A stretch of DNA of 64,000 nt from sequence record MZ234025.1. The stretch is one strand, 5' to 3'. The notes under the pieces were generated by a model that saw only the letters and a program-made list of their open reading frames with translations, made no database searches and was not told the origin of the DNA. The position numbers and the translations under genes were made by a program. This document shows, piece by piece, positions 1 through 11,180 of the stretch. Within the stretch, counting starts at the first letter, position 1, and each line of letters begins with the position of its first letter. Origin of the DNA: Escherichia phage vB_EcoM-172859UKE1.

Positions 1-18
1 AAGGGACCGAAGTCCCTT
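1..18 (-). terminator. hairpin immediately downstream of gene 37 (tail of element beyond window)
   Basis: AAGGGAC-CGAA-GTCCCTT; UUCG loop on the transcribed strand. Confidence 0.45.
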
Positions 19-22
19 CTCC

Positions 23-3000
23 TTATGCTAAACGAACGATATAGTTAAAAGCAACGTTTTTAACCGTGTTTTCTGTATTTCCTGTGGCATTTACAGTTAT
101 TGTATGACCATGAGAACCAATCGCTACCGAATGAGAGTGGGCACCAATACCTACAGTATGTGTATGGGCACCAATACCAACGGTGTGGGCATGGTTACCC
201 GTAGAGCTAGTAGTACCAGACCAAGAGTGTGTATGGTTACCTTCTGTTGACGACTTTGCAATATATTGGCTTGTACCAGGCACGACACCGTTGCTTAGGC
301 CAAAACCAACAACCTGGGTTCCGCTAATTTGAGTAGATCCATTAGGATATATTCCTGTTGGTTGATTATTAGGACCCCTTGGGCCGGTCTGTGAGTGTTG
401 GTGGTTCCCTGCTGCGCCAGTAGTACCGCTTACTGTATGGTTATGGTTACCCGTTGTATTGCTAGTCTTCGTACCATAATCAAAACTTGAAGATGTTTTA
501 GTACCGTAATCAAAACTAGAAGTGGTTTTAGTACCCAAATCTGTGCTTGATGCACTTGCACTATGGCTATGTGACTTAACACCGTCTGCTTCTGTACTCA
601 ATACAGCACGCCCCGATGGTTTACCCTTGATAGTTTGACCACGCATATCAGGCAGAGCGCCGGAAGGATACACCGCAGCTAACTTAGGATACAAGCCAAC
701 ATCAAAGGTTTGACCTTCCATAATAGCGTAACCGTCAGGAGGAGTATCCGTTGGCCAAGGAATCGGAGCACCAATTGGGTAACTCGACACAATATCCGTC
801 TTAAGGTTATTTATTGTGGTATTCAAGTTAGCAAAGTTGCCAGAACCACCGGTGATATTACCATCAGTACCGAATTGAGCATTACCAACTTTTAATGGTT
901 TTGAAAAAAGAACATCGTCGGTTCTAAATGCAACCCCATGACCTAATGCATTATTATATAAGTTAAGTTCATCTGAACTACCACTCCCATTACCAACGTA
1001 CCATTTAACCGTATTAGCTTTTTTACCCTGAATATAAACAGCGTTGGTCAATGAAGCCGAGTTAATAATAAGCGCGGCGTTATTAGCGTTAATTGTGATA
1101 GCTTGCCCTGATGTTGTTCCACTAGTTTCTACTTTAAATCTTCCACCACCGATATCAACATCATGATCCATGGAAACTTTACCAGTACTTAATGTAATAT
1201 AGAACGGACGTAAATTAGAAATACCACCTGATTCACCAGCATTCTGTGGAGTTGGAATAATATAAAGCTTATCTTCAGAACGACGGAAAATAGCACCGTA
1301 TTCGGCATTCCAAATTCTTAATGCATCAGCAGTTCCGCCAATTTTAACTTGTCCAGTAATAGAAGAACCACCTTGGACAAACAAACCGTTAGACATAGTA
1401 ACATTGCCACCAAAAGAACCTGTACCGGAGGCACTTATATTACCAAGGCCTATAATATGGCCTGTTTCGACAGTTCCGTTAAATTTAAAGTTAACCGGAC
1501 CTACTGTTTGACCTGACGCAGGATTAGTGCGTTGTGCATAAAAATAATATCCATGTCCGTCAGCTACTTCAAAAACTGTTTCACGAGTACGATCGCCAGA
1601 TGCGTTAAATGAATTACCCCACGCTTTAATAGATACATAACTTTTATTCTGACCTTCACGAGTACCACCAGCCCACAGTATAGTTTTAGTGCCATCTGCT
1701 GCTGTAGGAGCGTCAAGTTGAATACCGTCGGGTCTAGCACCAGTAAGAACTAATCCGTTATCAAATTTAATTCTTTGTATTGAAGATACTGTTCCGTTAG
1801 CATAAAACCGTACGTTATTAGAGCCAGTTACCAATTTTAAAATACCAGGGTTAACTTCCATGCCTTCTTGAGTATTAATATTAGTTTGGCCTTTACCGCG
1901 GAAATAGTGGGACAATTTCCCGCCGGAGTTATAACCGATATGAGTTTGCCCATCACCTGCGTTATTCACATCAGCCTGAGTTTGGACTGATAAAAGAGCG
2001 GCATTAGTACCGGGCATAATCCATGTAGCGCCCTGGTCTTCTGAACGACCAAATAATCCTTTGCGTGTACTGCGGAAACTGTCAGGTGTAATAGATGCAA
2101 TAGAATTCCAATTACCTACTAAATCATAAACACCCTGCTTAACGTATTTTAAACCAGTGGCGGCATCGCCCAAAGCAATATATCTTTCTCCCATTGGAGT
2201 AGGAGAACCGTAGTTGTTAGTATTTTCGTCAGCAGTAATTGTGCCAATAGCAAGTGAACGACGTAATACCATGGCGCCATCATTACGAAGACCCATTAAT
2301 TTAGTAGTAGGTGTATTTCCATTCCACCAAGAAATTTCATCATTCTTACCAGTTTGAGCTGAAGCGATTTCATGGTAAATGGTTCCGCCTGATTTAGCTC
2401 GAACTTTACGAAGATAATTTATACCATTTTCTTCGCCTGTTCCAGGATAAACATATTGAACTAATGATTGCGAATCGTATTGTCCAAATGCTTTTGTATC
2501 AAAAACTATAGTTTTTGTATTAATCTGCGGAGCAGAAACTACCCCAGTAGCTGAATTAATATTACCAGAAGCAGAAATATTACCTTTGCTGACAAATAAA
2601 TCGCCCGTGTCAACTTGGAAATTACCATTTCTATTAAAAGTCCAGTATTTTGAAGTCCCAGTTTCATCGATATAATGGAACTTAAAACTGCCTTCAGCAA
2701 CCAATGTACCCGCTGAAAAAGTACCATCTTTATAACGTTGCTTAATTAACGGGTTATATTCTGAAGTAGCGGTTGTTGCGGAAATATCCATGAAAATAGG
2801 GGCTTTTGCTGTGTGTTGACCAGCCCAAGAACCAACTCCGGTGGCCTTATAAGCAAATTCGATATATCCACCAGATGCAACATTTTGTGAGCCTATTAAA
2901 TTAAATGTACCTGTCTGAGTATAGTTACCTACATGAGTTACATTACCGTTAATATCCCCGCCCTTAGCAAAGCCTAGGCTAATAATATTACCGAGGTCAT

Positions 3001-3124
3001 CTTTAGTAAAAAGAGTTCGATCTTTTAAGTTTATCGCTAATTCGCCTTCGGCTAATTGTGCTGCAGTAGGATTAACTCCTGCCACTTTGCTTCTTTTAAA
3101 TTGTATCTGTTTTAATGTAGCCAT
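23..3124 (-). CDS. 37: long tail fiber distal subunit, receptor-binding (T4 gp37-like)
   Basis: 1033-aa ORF; C-terminal His-rich HxH repeats ([41 protein letters not shown]) and ...NYIVRLA terminus typical of T4-type gp37; position after 34-35-36. Confidence 0.93.
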   Translation of the reverse strand: MATLKQIQFKRSKVAGVNPTAAQLAEGELAINLKDRTLFTKDDLGNIISLGFAKGGDINGNVTHVGNYTQTGTFNLIGSQNVASGGYIEFAYKATGVGSWAGQHTAKAPIFMDISATTATSEYNPLIKQRYKDGTFSAGTLVAEGSFKFHYIDETGTSKYWTFNRNGNFQVDTGDLFVSKGNISASGNINSATGVVSAPQINTKTIVFDTKAFGQYDSQSLVQYVYPGTGEENGINYLRKVRAKSGGTIYHEIASAQTGKNDEISWWNGNTPTTKLMGLRNDGAMVLRRSLAIGTITADENTNNYGSPTPMGERYIALGDAATGLKYVKQGVYDLVGNWNSIASITPDSFRSTRKGLFGRSEDQGATWIMPGTNAALLSVQTQADVNNAGDGQTHIGYNSGGKLSHYFRGKGQTNINTQEGMEVNPGILKLVTGSNNVRFYANGTVSSIQRIKFDNGLVLTGARPDGIQLDAPTAADGTKTILWAGGTREGQNKSYVSIKAWGNSFNASGDRTRETVFEVADGHGYYFYAQRTNPASGQTVGPVNFKFNGTVETGHIIGLGNISASGTGSFGGNVTMSNGLFVQGGSSITGQVKIGGTADALRIWNAEYGAIFRRSEDKLYIIPTPQNAGESGGISNLRPFYITLSTGKVSMDHDVDIGGGRFKVETSGTTSGQAITINANNAALIINSASLTNAVYIQGKKANTVKWYVGNGSGSSDELNLYNNALGHGVAFRTDDVLFSKPLKVGNAQFGTDGNITGGSGNFANLNTTINNLKTDIVSSYPIGAPIPWPTDTPPDGYAIMEGQTFDVGLYPKLAAVYPSGALPDMRGQTIKGKPSGRAVLSTEADGVKSHSHSASASSTDLGTKTTSSFDYGTKTSSSFDYGTKTSNTTGNHNHTVSGTTGAAGNHQHSQTGPRGPNNQPTGIYPNGSTQISGTQVVGFGLSNGVVPGTSQYIAKSSTEGNHTHSWSGTTSSTGNHAHTVGIGAHTHTVGIGAHSHSVAIGSHGHTITVNATGNTENTVKNVAFNYIVRLA
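471..541. repeat. 30-bp tandem repeat (2.3 copies) inside gene 37 distal region
   Basis: gtaccataatcaaaacttgaagatgtttta / gtaccgtaatcaaaactagaagtggtttta / gtacccaaatc; encodes TKT(S/T)SSFDYG repeats. Confidence 0.85.
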
Positions 3125-3132
3125 AAGTCCTC

Positions 3133-3795
3133 TTAATAATAGCCGAAATCTTGAACAGAATCTTTAATTACAATCTGGTCGAAACGAGGAACATGATTAG
3201 CCTCAGACGCCGGATTCTGTGAGAAAAAGTTTGGTGCTGTTAAAGTACCAGTCATGGTATCGCCTTTACGCAATACGCGGGAATTTGCGTTATCCGTAAC
3301 AATATTTATTCGTCCATCAACATAATCTTTTCTTGTGAGATCATTTGCTGCAACCGGAGCAGTAGCGTTAGAACGGACAGGACCAATTGCATAAAAACCG
3401 CCCTTAGTGCTGATATCACCAGTACGAGCGTTAATAACAACAGTTCGGTCTGCTGAACCTTGTGATGACTTAAAACCAATACCATTCCACGAAACGATGT
3501 CAATATTTGCCATATCAAAAGTAGCTGCATCACCGTTACCTGGATAAACACCACACTGTTGACTACTACCTACAGTAGGAACATGTACGCCTCCGTTAAA
3601 TCGAACAGTTGCAGCGTAAGTACCGCCATTAGCTTTAGAAACGAAATCGTTATCAGCCGCTTGTGGTTTATTATATTCTGAATAGAGTTTAAACGTTTTA
3701 TACAGGACGTCATCACCTGCTGGCATTAAAGGGAAATTACCTTGATGCCATATGACAGCACCGCCAGTTGTACTACCAGCTTTTAAATCGGCCAT
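3133..3795 (-). CDS. 36: long tail fiber distal connector (T4 gp36-like)
   Basis: 220-aa ORF (T4 gp36 ~221 aa) between 35 and 37; late promoter immediately upstream. Confidence 0.88.
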   Translation of the reverse strand: MADLKAGSTTGGAVIWHQGNFPLMPAGDDVLYKTFKLYSEYNKPQAADNDFVSKANGGTYAATVRFNGGVHVPTVGSSQQCGVYPGNGDAATFDMANIDIVSWNGIGFKSSQGSADRTVVINARTGDISTKGGFYAIGPVRSNATAPVAANDLTRKDYVDGRINIVTDNANSRVLRKGDTMTGTLTAPNFFSQNPASEANHVPRFDQIVIKDSVQDFGYY

Positions 3796-3819
3796 AGTTG
3801 TCTCCTTATATGTATACCA

Positions 3820-3827
3820 TATTTATA
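3820..3827 (-). promoter_or_regulatory. late promoter TATAAATA (gene 36)
   Basis: exact TATAAATA on minus strand ~25 nt upstream of start. Confidence 0.75.
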
Positions 3828-3852
3828 CAAAAATGGGAGACCGAAGTCTCCC
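3828..3852 (-). terminator. rho-independent terminator after gene 35
   Basis: GGGAGAC-UUCG-GUCUCCC then AUUUUUG on minus strand. Confidence 0.75.
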
Positions 3853-3857
3853 TAAAT

Positions 3858-4985
3858 TTATTCTGATGCTTCTTTAAATTCTTGTCCAAATACCTTACCG
3901 GTATCAGTTGAAGATTGAGTAGGTAATGTCATTATGTCTGGGGCACTTAAAGACTCTGAAACATAATTTACACGAATACCATTTATACCAAACTCAGCAG
4001 GTTTTGAAACGCTTCCATTACATGATACTTCAGTGAATATAACGTTTCTTAATCCACCTTGCCCGACTGGAGCTGTACGATAACAATAAATCGTGAACCC
4101 GTCAGCACCAGCAGGAATTTCTATGTAGTCTTCATATATCTTCCATTCACCTGCAGCCCCATCAAAGTTTGTATCCTTAAATGAAATAGGTGAAGTAGAA
4201 GGAGATTTAAAGAAACGAATAGAAAGTCGTGTCGTCCCTTGTGCTAACAAATCGGCATCAGCCATTAGTTGGAATTTCATATAAAGGAAATCTCCAGGCT
4301 TCAATTTATACCCAGCGAGAGGTGTAATAAGGGATGTTGTAGGCATCCTTTTAATTTCATTATTAGTACCTCCAACGGCAGATAAAAATGTGTCTGTCGA
4401 TTCATACGTACGACTAGGGAAGCCGGTAGCACCAATATCGTCGATCGTGTCATACACAACATCAAGTGGTGTACTATAGTCGGTTGAAGTTTTCTTATTA
4501 CTATACTTAATATGTTCTAGTGCTATAGCATTCTTACCAGAAATATAAAATGCCGAATAAGAAATGTCCACTATATTTAAAACTTGTTGAGCTAATGGAA
4601 TAGCAGAACTTCCGGCTTTATTAAACCATGTAAGAACTTCAGGCGGAAAGTTTGTTTTAGCGTTAGTAACAAGAGCAAATATAAAATTTGAAGCATATGT
4701 GTCCATGAAAGTAACAAATGCACTTGACGTTGTGTCGTTTTCAGTAGAGAAATTATATGACTTAGATTCAACTACTGCACCTGTTGTAGGATTTATTACA
4801 CGAACGTTTAATCCAACAGAAAAAACCTGGGACCCAAGTGGATTATCCTGGAACTTAATATAAGCAGGAGATGTTGATAGCGGACAAGAGCCCGCTATGC
4901 TTAATTTAAATCGTACTGAATTGCTTTCCGATAAAAATGGCGTTTGGACGTATCCTTGTCCAAACTTAGCCATAAATTTTTCCAT
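3858..4985 (-). CDS. 35: long tail fiber hinge protein (T4 gp35-like)
   Basis: 375-aa ORF, synteny 34-35-36-37, followed by UUCG hairpin terminator. Confidence 0.85.
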   Translation of the reverse strand: MEKFMAKFGQGYVQTPFLSESNSVRFKLSIAGSCPLSTSPAYIKFQDNPLGSQVFSVGLNVRVINPTTGAVVESKSYNFSTENDTTSSAFVTFMDTYASNFIFALVTNAKTNFPPEVLTWFNKAGSSAIPLAQQVLNIVDISYSAFYISGKNAIALEHIKYSNKKTSTDYSTPLDVVYDTIDDIGATGFPSRTYESTDTFLSAVGGTNNEIKRMPTTSLITPLAGYKLKPGDFLYMKFQLMADADLLAQGTTRLSIRFFKSPSTSPISFKDTNFDGAAGEWKIYEDYIEIPAGADGFTIYCYRTAPVGQGGLRNVIFTEVSCNGSVSKPAEFGINGIRVNYVSESLSAPDIMTLPTQSSTDTGKVFGQEFKEASE

Positions 4986-4993
4986 AATACCTC

Positions 4994-7900
4994 TTATTCA
5001 ATCCACTCGAATTTAACAGATTTATTCACAGGGTCTGGAATAATGCGGACATTACCAATCCTTAAGAAATCCCTTATTGTCAAGTTTCCGATTGTTGCAT
5101 TATCAGAAGGTAAAGCACCAATATCAGAAGGTTGAGGAGGGTTTCCACCATCAAATACCTGAACAAAACTTGACCAAGAATTTTTGGTTTTCTGCCATGT
5201 ACGTGTCCAACGGGTTGTACGTGCTTCTGGAGTTGTTGGATAAGTAATCCAATCTTGGTAAAGTGAATCAAGTGTGTTACCAAACTGAGTCAGTGTACCA
5301 GGAGATTTAACTTCTTCGCCACGTTCTAAGTATGGAAGCCCAGTCACTTCATTAGTTTTTTCAACCATTTTAAAATAACCTGGGAACTGGTTATAAGTGG
5401 CTGAATCGTTAATATCAATTGACCAGAATCCTACATTATCAGATGTTGGCGCACGGGTATATAAATCGGATGTTTTAGTACCCTGAGAACGAATTCTCGA
5501 GTTAACAGTTAAACCGCCTGAATTTATAGTAGCACCTTTGGCAATGATTAAGCCTTCACCAATCGTTACTTGGCCAGATGCATTATTAATAGCCAAAGGA
5601 CGTAATCCATTAAATCCGCCAGTCTGATCACCCGATGCAGTGAGCATAAAATAGGTATTAGCAGCATCATTGCGAATAAAGAATCCGTAATCACCACTAA
5701 TTGCTCTGAAAGCATTTGCAGACTTGCTAATGAATTCACCATTGGCTGTAACTGAACGACCAAATGTTGCAACGCCATTCGCATTTAACGTGCCTGAAGC
5801 GTTAACATTTATTGGCATCACAGTACCGTTAATGCTAAACGTTATATTCCCAGCTTTATTACGTTGAGAATAAAAGTGATTAGATGTTTCATCACCAACT
5901 TCAAACACAGTCGAACGAGACGTATCACTTCCACCACCAAACTGATTTCCCCAAACTCTGATAGACATCGTCTGCGCTGGGTTAGTTCCAGTCTGAGGTC
6001 CTTTTTCAAAAATCAGACGAGTTGCCGTTCCGGTATTAGAAATAGTTAATGTACTATTTGCCGAAACTGAACCACCAAACGTAGCAGTACTAGATGATAC
6101 AAGAGGGGCACTCAGATTCGTTTGTTGAGTTAAGGTTAGTGAACCATTAACCGTCTGTGCAATGTCCCTACGAATGAACTGAGATGAATCTAGGCCATCT
6201 AATAAATTTGCGTCAGCAGCTTTTGCTTTTAATGGCAAATAGTTAGCAAGTACACGGTTTAATTCATATGGTGATACCGCATAACTATTTTTCTCATATG
6301 ATTCTAAAGGTTGTGTTGAACCAACTGTATCATTACCAACAAATGTAATAGAACCGGATGAAGTTTTAACGAATCCACGAATCGCCGTAGTAGCAGCCCA
6401 TGTCGGTTCAGACTGGACAATCCATTTTAAATTCTTAGGAGATACAGCAGTATTAGCAGAAGTTCCTGTTACAGTTTCAGCCTGAGTAGCAACCTTAATT
6501 ACGCCTTCAGACGTTTCAGTGGACTTAGTCCCTAAAAGCTTTTTAGGAGTAATAAGAACATCATCTAAAGTTCCTGCATTAGATTCTGCCTGGGTCGCTA
6601 CGCGAAGTGTACCACGTTGTGTTTCATTTGCTTTAGAAATATCAAGAGTATAATGGTTCCACAAGGTTCCTTCTTCAATAAGTCCGGAATCAGAATTAAC
6701 ACTGGTACGGTCAGAAGAATCAAAATGAGTTTTAATTTTCAGTGGAGTTGAGATACGAGTATCATCAGTTCCAGTATCAAATTCAACTTGCGTAGCAATT
6801 TCGGCTATGCCGGATAATCCTTCCGTAGCTTTCCTATCATTTAACGTCTTAGGCGTTACTGCACGTGTATAATCAGTCCCAGCATTAGTTTCTGTTTGCG
6901 TAGCAATTTCAATTAAACCAATACGTCCATCAGTAGATGTTTTCTTATGTAGTGTTTCAGGAGTTACTACAGCGTGAGAATAACCTGCTTGAGATTGTCC
7001 AGCAATTACTTCACTATCAACAGCTAAAATTACTGCACCTTGTTGAGCATAAGTTGCTTTATATTGGTCAAGGGCTTTAGGAGAAATAGTTAAATTATTT
7101 ACGGTTTTATTATAAACGTTAGTGCCTGCGGCCCCACGAGTTTCAGCAGGAGTAGCAGAAGTAGTTGATACATATTTAACTATACCAGATAGTGTTTCAG
7201 AACCCTGACGTGCCTGCAATTTCTTAGGTGTAATAATCGTTGTGTCATCAAGACCAGCATCGGTTTCAGTCTGAGTAGCAATTTCAGCAAGTCCGCGACG
7301 AGTTTCAGTTGCTGTACGCTCATTTAGTTTTTTAGGCGTAACAATAGTATCGTCAACAAATGTTGCTGTGGAATTCTGGTTAACTTGTGCTGTTGTAGCA
7401 ATTTTAGCGATACCACGTCGAGCTTCAGTTGCTGTACGATTTGCCAACGTTTCAGGAGTAATAGCCACTTCTTTAGCTGGAGTATTCTCTAAATCAACAT
7501 TTGCTTGCGCTTGAGTAGCAAGAGCAATAACACCTAAACGAGCTCGTGTAGCATCAGTTCCAGCATCAACACGTTCTACCGTAGGGACATTCTGTTGCAC
7601 AACCCAATAATGGGTGTCAGAATCGGTATCTTCAATATATGCTAATTCTAATACAGGAACATATGAATTAGTACCATTGAATTCCAATTCAGTAACAGAA
7701 ACCCATTGAGCATCAGGTGGATATTCAGAACGTTTAGGGAACTGAAGCAATGCAACAGAAGAAGCAATTGTATCACCTTCGGCAGCTTTAATTTTTACTG
7801 TTTGGCCTTTACGCATGTAGTTCATTGAAATTTTAACAGTGTCACCACTCAAAATTCCGCTAGGCAGCGTAAGAGTAATAGTTCCGGTTGTAGCGTTATT

Positions 7901-8869
7901 TGTGCCAAAAATAAGAACTTCTTCATTTGGACGAATATTTGAATCCGCACGGATAATACGAAGACGCGATTTCTGGTCGCCTTCCCATATACGCCATAAA
8001 CTATTTGCAGCATCAAAAACAAAAAACGCGTCAGAGTCATTTCTGCCTTCGGCAATATGAGTCCCGACTTCACCAATAGACGTTGTATCATCAAATGTTT
8101 TAACAATTGTATGATACAGTGGGTTTAATCCGTCTAAATCAACTAGGTGGATTATATCACCATTGTTAGCATTACGTGGAAGTGTAATGTTGATTGGTGC
8201 TGCACTAGTAAAACGACGAACGATAAAATCATTTGCTTGTGCTTGATATGGTGTCGCAGGTGTAACAGTGATTGATTCTTTACCATAATCAGTAATATAC
8301 ATCTGCCACAAACGATTACTAAACACAAACAATAGTTGTGAACGTGGACGCGTCATTAAAACTGTACGAACTTGTTCACCTCTAAAGTTTAAAATACTCT
8401 GCACAGACGCGTTAATCTGTACTTTAACTGTCCCGGTTCTTCCACCAATATCAGCCAAAACAACAGTATCACCATCAACCGGCGCATTTGGCAATGTGAA
8501 AACCATATCATTGCCGGCACCAGTGTTAACTGAAATCGATTCACCTGAAGAAAGTTGATAAGTCCCAGAAGCGACAGTTATCCATTGTGCATCGGTACGA
8601 ACTGCACGCCATTGTAAAAGGTTAAATGCCCCGGAAGGAGACACGATATCATTTATTGCTTGATATAAACGGTTGTCATAAAGAACAACAAATCCTTTGT
8701 TATATCCACGCGTAGAATCATATACTTGAACGGTGTTTTCTTGTACCAGGAAGTCAACGTTTACGCCATCAGTACCTACTGTACGGTCGGCTAATGCTAC
8801 GTTAACAATCTTGTCGCCACCGGCGTCCAGACCGTCTTCGGCTCTGAACTTACGTTTGATGTCGGCCAT
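4994..8869 (-). CDS. 34: long tail fiber proximal subunit (T4 gp34-like)
   Basis: 1291-aa ORF (T4 gp34 ~1289 aa); internal ~35-aa repeats (RRGxAEIATQxExxxGxDDTxxITPKKL); late promoter upstream. Confidence 0.93.
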   Translation of the reverse strand: MADIKRKFRAEDGLDAGGDKIVNVALADRTVGTDGVNVDFLVQENTVQVYDSTRGYNKGFVVLYDNRLYQAINDIVSPSGAFNLLQWRAVRTDAQWITVASGTYQLSSGESISVNTGAGNDMVFTLPNAPVDGDTVVLADIGGRTGTVKVQINASVQSILNFRGEQVRTVLMTRPRSQLLFVFSNRLWQMYITDYGKESITVTPATPYQAQANDFIVRRFTSAAPINITLPRNANNGDIIHLVDLDGLNPLYHTIVKTFDDTTSIGEVGTHIAEGRNDSDAFFVFDAANSLWRIWEGDQKSRLRIIRADSNIRPNEEVLIFGTNNATTGTITLTLPSGILSGDTVKISMNYMRKGQTVKIKAAEGDTIASSVALLQFPKRSEYPPDAQWVSVTELEFNGTNSYVPVLELAYIEDTDSDTHYWVVQQNVPTVERVDAGTDATRARLGVIALATQAQANVDLENTPAKEVAITPETLANRTATEARRGIAKIATTAQVNQNSTATFVDDTIVTPKKLNERTATETRRGLAEIATQTETDAGLDDTTIITPKKLQARQGSETLSGIVKYVSTTSATPAETRGAAGTNVYNKTVNNLTISPKALDQYKATYAQQGAVILAVDSEVIAGQSQAGYSHAVVTPETLHKKTSTDGRIGLIEIATQTETNAGTDYTRAVTPKTLNDRKATEGLSGIAEIATQVEFDTGTDDTRISTPLKIKTHFDSSDRTSVNSDSGLIEEGTLWNHYTLDISKANETQRGTLRVATQAESNAGTLDDVLITPKKLLGTKSTETSEGVIKVATQAETVTGTSANTAVSPKNLKWIVQSEPTWAATTAIRGFVKTSSGSITFVGNDTVGSTQPLESYEKNSYAVSPYELNRVLANYLPLKAKAADANLLDGLDSSQFIRRDIAQTVNGSLTLTQQTNLSAPLVSSSTATFGGSVSANSTLTISNTGTATRLIFEKGPQTGTNPAQTMSIRVWGNQFGGGSDTSRSTVFEVGDETSNHFYSQRNKAGNITFSINGTVMPINVNASGTLNANGVATFGRSVTANGEFISKSANAFRAISGDYGFFIRNDAANTYFMLTASGDQTGGFNGLRPLAINNASGQVTIGEGLIIAKGATINSGGLTVNSRIRSQGTKTSDLYTRAPTSDNVGFWSIDINDSATYNQFPGYFKMVEKTNEVTGLPYLERGEEVKSPGTLTQFGNTLDSLYQDWITYPTTPEARTTRWTRTWQKTKNSWSSFVQVFDGGNPPQPSDIGALPSDNATIGNLTIRDFLRIGNVRIIPDPVNKSVKFEWIE
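6420..7580. repeat. array of degenerate ~105-bp repeats inside gene 34
   Basis: Seven or more protein-level repeats ...RRG(I/L)AEIATQxExxAGxDDTxxITPKKL...; coordinates approximate. Confidence 0.6.
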
Positions 8870-8899
8870 TCGTTTTTCCTTTATTGTTTCAATAATACT

Positions 8900-8907
8900 T
8901 ATTTATA
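8900..8907 (-). promoter_or_regulatory. late promoter TATAAATA (gene 34)
   Basis: exact match on minus strand, 31 nt upstream of ATG. Confidence 0.75.
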
Positions 8908-8910
8908 CCA

Positions 8911-8940
8911 GTTTACGCTTTCAAATGAGTATGTTACTAT
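8911..8940 (+). promoter_or_regulatory. T4-type early promoter (rnh)
   Basis: GTTTAC 8911-8916, 18-nt spacer, TACTAT 8935-8940. Confidence 0.7.
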
Positions 8941-8972
8941 AGACAAGTTGACTAACTGAACAAGAGGTTCAT

Positions 8973-9890
8973 ATGGATTTAGAAATGATGTTGGATGAAG
9001 ATTACAAAGAAGGTATTGCACTTGCCGACTTTAGTAACATTGCATTGGCAGCTGCATTAAACAACTTTGAAGACGGCGATAAAATTACTGTTCCGATGGT
9101 TCGTCATGTAATCTTGAATTCAATTCGTAAAAACGTAGTGATGTTCCGTAAGCAAGGCTATACAAAATTTGTATTGTGTATGGATAATGCTACTTCAGGT
9201 TATTGGCGTCGGGACTTTGCTTACTATTACAAGAAAAATCGTAAAACCGATCGTGAAGCTTCAAAGTGGGATTGGGAAGGATATTTTACTGCACTTCATC
9301 AAGTCGTTGATGAGATTAAGAAATATATGCCATACGTTGTAATGGATATTGACAAATACGAAGCGGATGACCATATCGGTGTATTAACTAAATATTTGTC
9401 ATTAGCCGGTCATAAGGTATGTATTGTTGCATCAGATGGCGACTTTACACAATTACACAAATATCCTAACGTTAAACAGTGGTCGCCACCACAGAAAAAA
9501 TGGGTTAAAATTAAGAACGGTTCTGCTGAAATTGATTGCATGACTAAAATTCTTAAAGGTGACCGTAAGGATGGTGTCGCATCGATTCGAGTTCGTGGCG
9601 ACTTCTGGTTTACCAGAGTTGAAGGTGAACGAACTCCAAGCATGAAAACATCAATTATTGAAGCAATTGCTAACGACCGTTCTCAAGCTGAAGTATTATT
9701 AAGTGCAGAAGAATATAAACGGTATCAAGAAAATTTGGTTCTCATTGATTTTGATTATATCCCTGATAATATTGCTTCAACCATTATAGAGTATTATAAC
9801 TCATATAAACCACAACCTAAAGGCAAGATTTATTCATACTTTGTAAAATCTGGTCTTTCTAAATTAACAAGTGTAATTAATGAATTCTGA
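8973..9890 (+). CDS. rnh: RNase H / 5-prime-3-prime exonuclease
   Basis: 305-aa ORF beginning MDLEMMLDEDYKEG, same length and N-terminus as T4 RNase H; divergent from gene 34 as in T4. Confidence 0.92.
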   Translation: MDLEMMLDEDYKEGIALADFSNIALAAALNNFEDGDKITVPMVRHVILNSIRKNVVMFRKQGYTKFVLCMDNATSGYWRRDFAYYYKKNRKTDREASKWDWEGYFTALHQVVDEIKKYMPYVVMDIDKYEADDHIGVLTKYLSLAGHKVCIVASDGDFTQLHKYPNVKQWSPPQKKWVKIKNGSAEIDCMTKILKGDRKDGVASIRVRGDFWFTRVEGERTPSMKTSIIEAIANDRSQAEVLLSAEEYKRYQENLVLIDFDYIPDNIASTIIEYYNSYKPQPKGKIYSYFVKSGLSKLTSVINEF

Positions 9891-9897
9891 GGTAAAC

Positions 9898-10167
9898 ATG
9901 GCTAAGAAAGAAGCAGTTGAATTTAATCAAGATGTGCATGGTGAAGAACTGGCTAAACTAGTCAAGGAAGCTTCCGATAACAAACTTAAAATTTCTGGTT
10001 ATAATGAACTGATTAAAGACATTCGTACTCGTGCTAAAGAAGAGCTTGGCGTCGATGGAAAAATGTTTAATCGTTTGTTAGCTCTTTATCATAAAGACGC
10101 TCGTGACCAATTTGAAGCTGAAAATGAAGAGGTAGTCGAGCTTTATGACACAGTTTTCACTAAGTGA
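9898..10167 (+). CDS. dsbA: dsDNA-binding protein DsbA-like
   Basis: 89 aa when started at ATG 9898 (GAGG SD 7 nt upstream); position between rnh and 33; track start 9880 lies inside rnh without SD. Confidence 0.7.
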   Translation: MAKKEAVEFNQDVHGEELAKLVKEASDNKLKISGYNELIKDIRTRAKEELGVDGKMFNRLLALYHKDARDQFEAENEEVVELYDTVFTK

Positions 10168-10483
10168 TATTAAACCGGTTGATGAGGCCGGTTTATCTGA
10201 ACAAGAATTAGCAGTAAAACACGATAAAGATGATATCGCTAAATTGCTTGACCGACAAGAAAACGGATTCATTATCGAATCCATGGTTGAACAATTTGGT
10301 ATGTCTTATTTAGAAGCAACAACTGCTTTCTTGGAAGAAAATTCTATTCCAGAAACACAATTTGCTAAATTTATTCCTACAGGAATTGTTGAAAAAATTA
10401 CAAGCGAAGCAATTGACGAAAACATGCTTCGCCCATCAGTTGCTCGTGGTGAAAAAACTAATACGTTAGATTTCTTATTATGA
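10145..10483 (+). CDS. 33: late transcription accessory protein gp33
   Basis: 112-aa ORF MTQFSLSDIKPVDE...TNTLDFLL, same length and ends as T4 gp33. Confidence 0.9.
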   Translation: MTQFSLSDIKPVDEAGLSEQELAVKHDKDDIAKLLDRQENGFIIESMVEQFGMSYLEATTAFLEENSIPETQFAKFIPTGIVEKITSEAIDENMLRPSVARGEKTNTLDFLL

Positions 10484-11133
10484 TTAAAATACGCATGCCT
10501 CCTGATGGAGAACGTTATATTAACGGAAAATCGGTATACAAACTATACTTGATGTGCAAACAACATTTTAATGGTCGGTATGACGTAATCAAATATAACT
10601 GGTGCATGCGTGTTTCGGATAATGCGTATCAAAAACGTCGAGATAAATATTTCTTTGAAAAACTAGCAGAGAAATATAAATTGAAGGAACTCACCTTGAT
10701 ATTCATAAGCAACTTAGTTGCTAACCAAGACGCATGGATTGGTGAGATATCAGACGCTGATGCATTAGTTTTCTATAGGGAATATATTGGACGTCTCAAA
10801 CAAGCTAAAGAGTCGTTTGCTGAAGACGTACGTAACATCTACTATTTCAGTAAGAAAGTTGAAGTTAGTGCGCTTCAAGAGATATTTGATTATAATAACA
10901 ACGTTCAGTCGAGCTACATATTTAAATTGCTACAAAGCAATATAATTTCATTTGAAACTTTCTTATTGTTGGACTCATTTTTGAATATTATAGATAAGCA
11001 CGACGAACTCACCGATAACTTAGTCTGGCAAAATTATTCTACCAAATTAAAGGCATATCGAAAAATACTTCAAATCGATGGAAATGCTGCTAAGAAATTG
11101 TTCATAGAAACAATCAAATCATGTAAGTATTAA
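10480..11133 (+). CDS. 59: helicase loader gp59
   Basis: 217-aa ORF, matches T4 gp59 length and sequence; immediately upstream of gene 32. Confidence 0.9.
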   Translation: MIKIRMPPDGERYINGKSVYKLYLMCKQHFNGRYDVIKYNWCMRVSDNAYQKRRDKYFFEKLAEKYKLKELTLIFISNLVANQDAWIGEISDADALVFYREYIGRLKQAKESFAEDVRNIYYFSKKVEVSALQEIFDYNNNVQSSYIFKLLQSNIISFETFLLLDSFLNIIDKHDELTDNLVWQNYSTKLKAYRKILQIDGNAAKKLFIETIKSCKY

Positions 11134-11162
11134 GCTTTATTTCTTGTGTGTTAAAATTACTT

Positions 11163-11170
11163 TATAAATA
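11163..11170 (+). promoter_or_regulatory. late promoter TATAAATA (gene 32)
   Basis: exact match ~80 nt upstream of gene 32 ATG. Confidence 0.6.
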
Positions 11171-11180
11171 AATCATACCA

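Noticed and set aside
2539-8106. Small ORFs inside or antisense to tail fiber genes 34-37 (2539-2727, 3306-3554, 5080-5283, 5566-5784, 7839-8106 and others)
   Set aside because: All nested within confidently assigned large genes, lack ribosome-binding sites and have hydrophobic junk-like composition.
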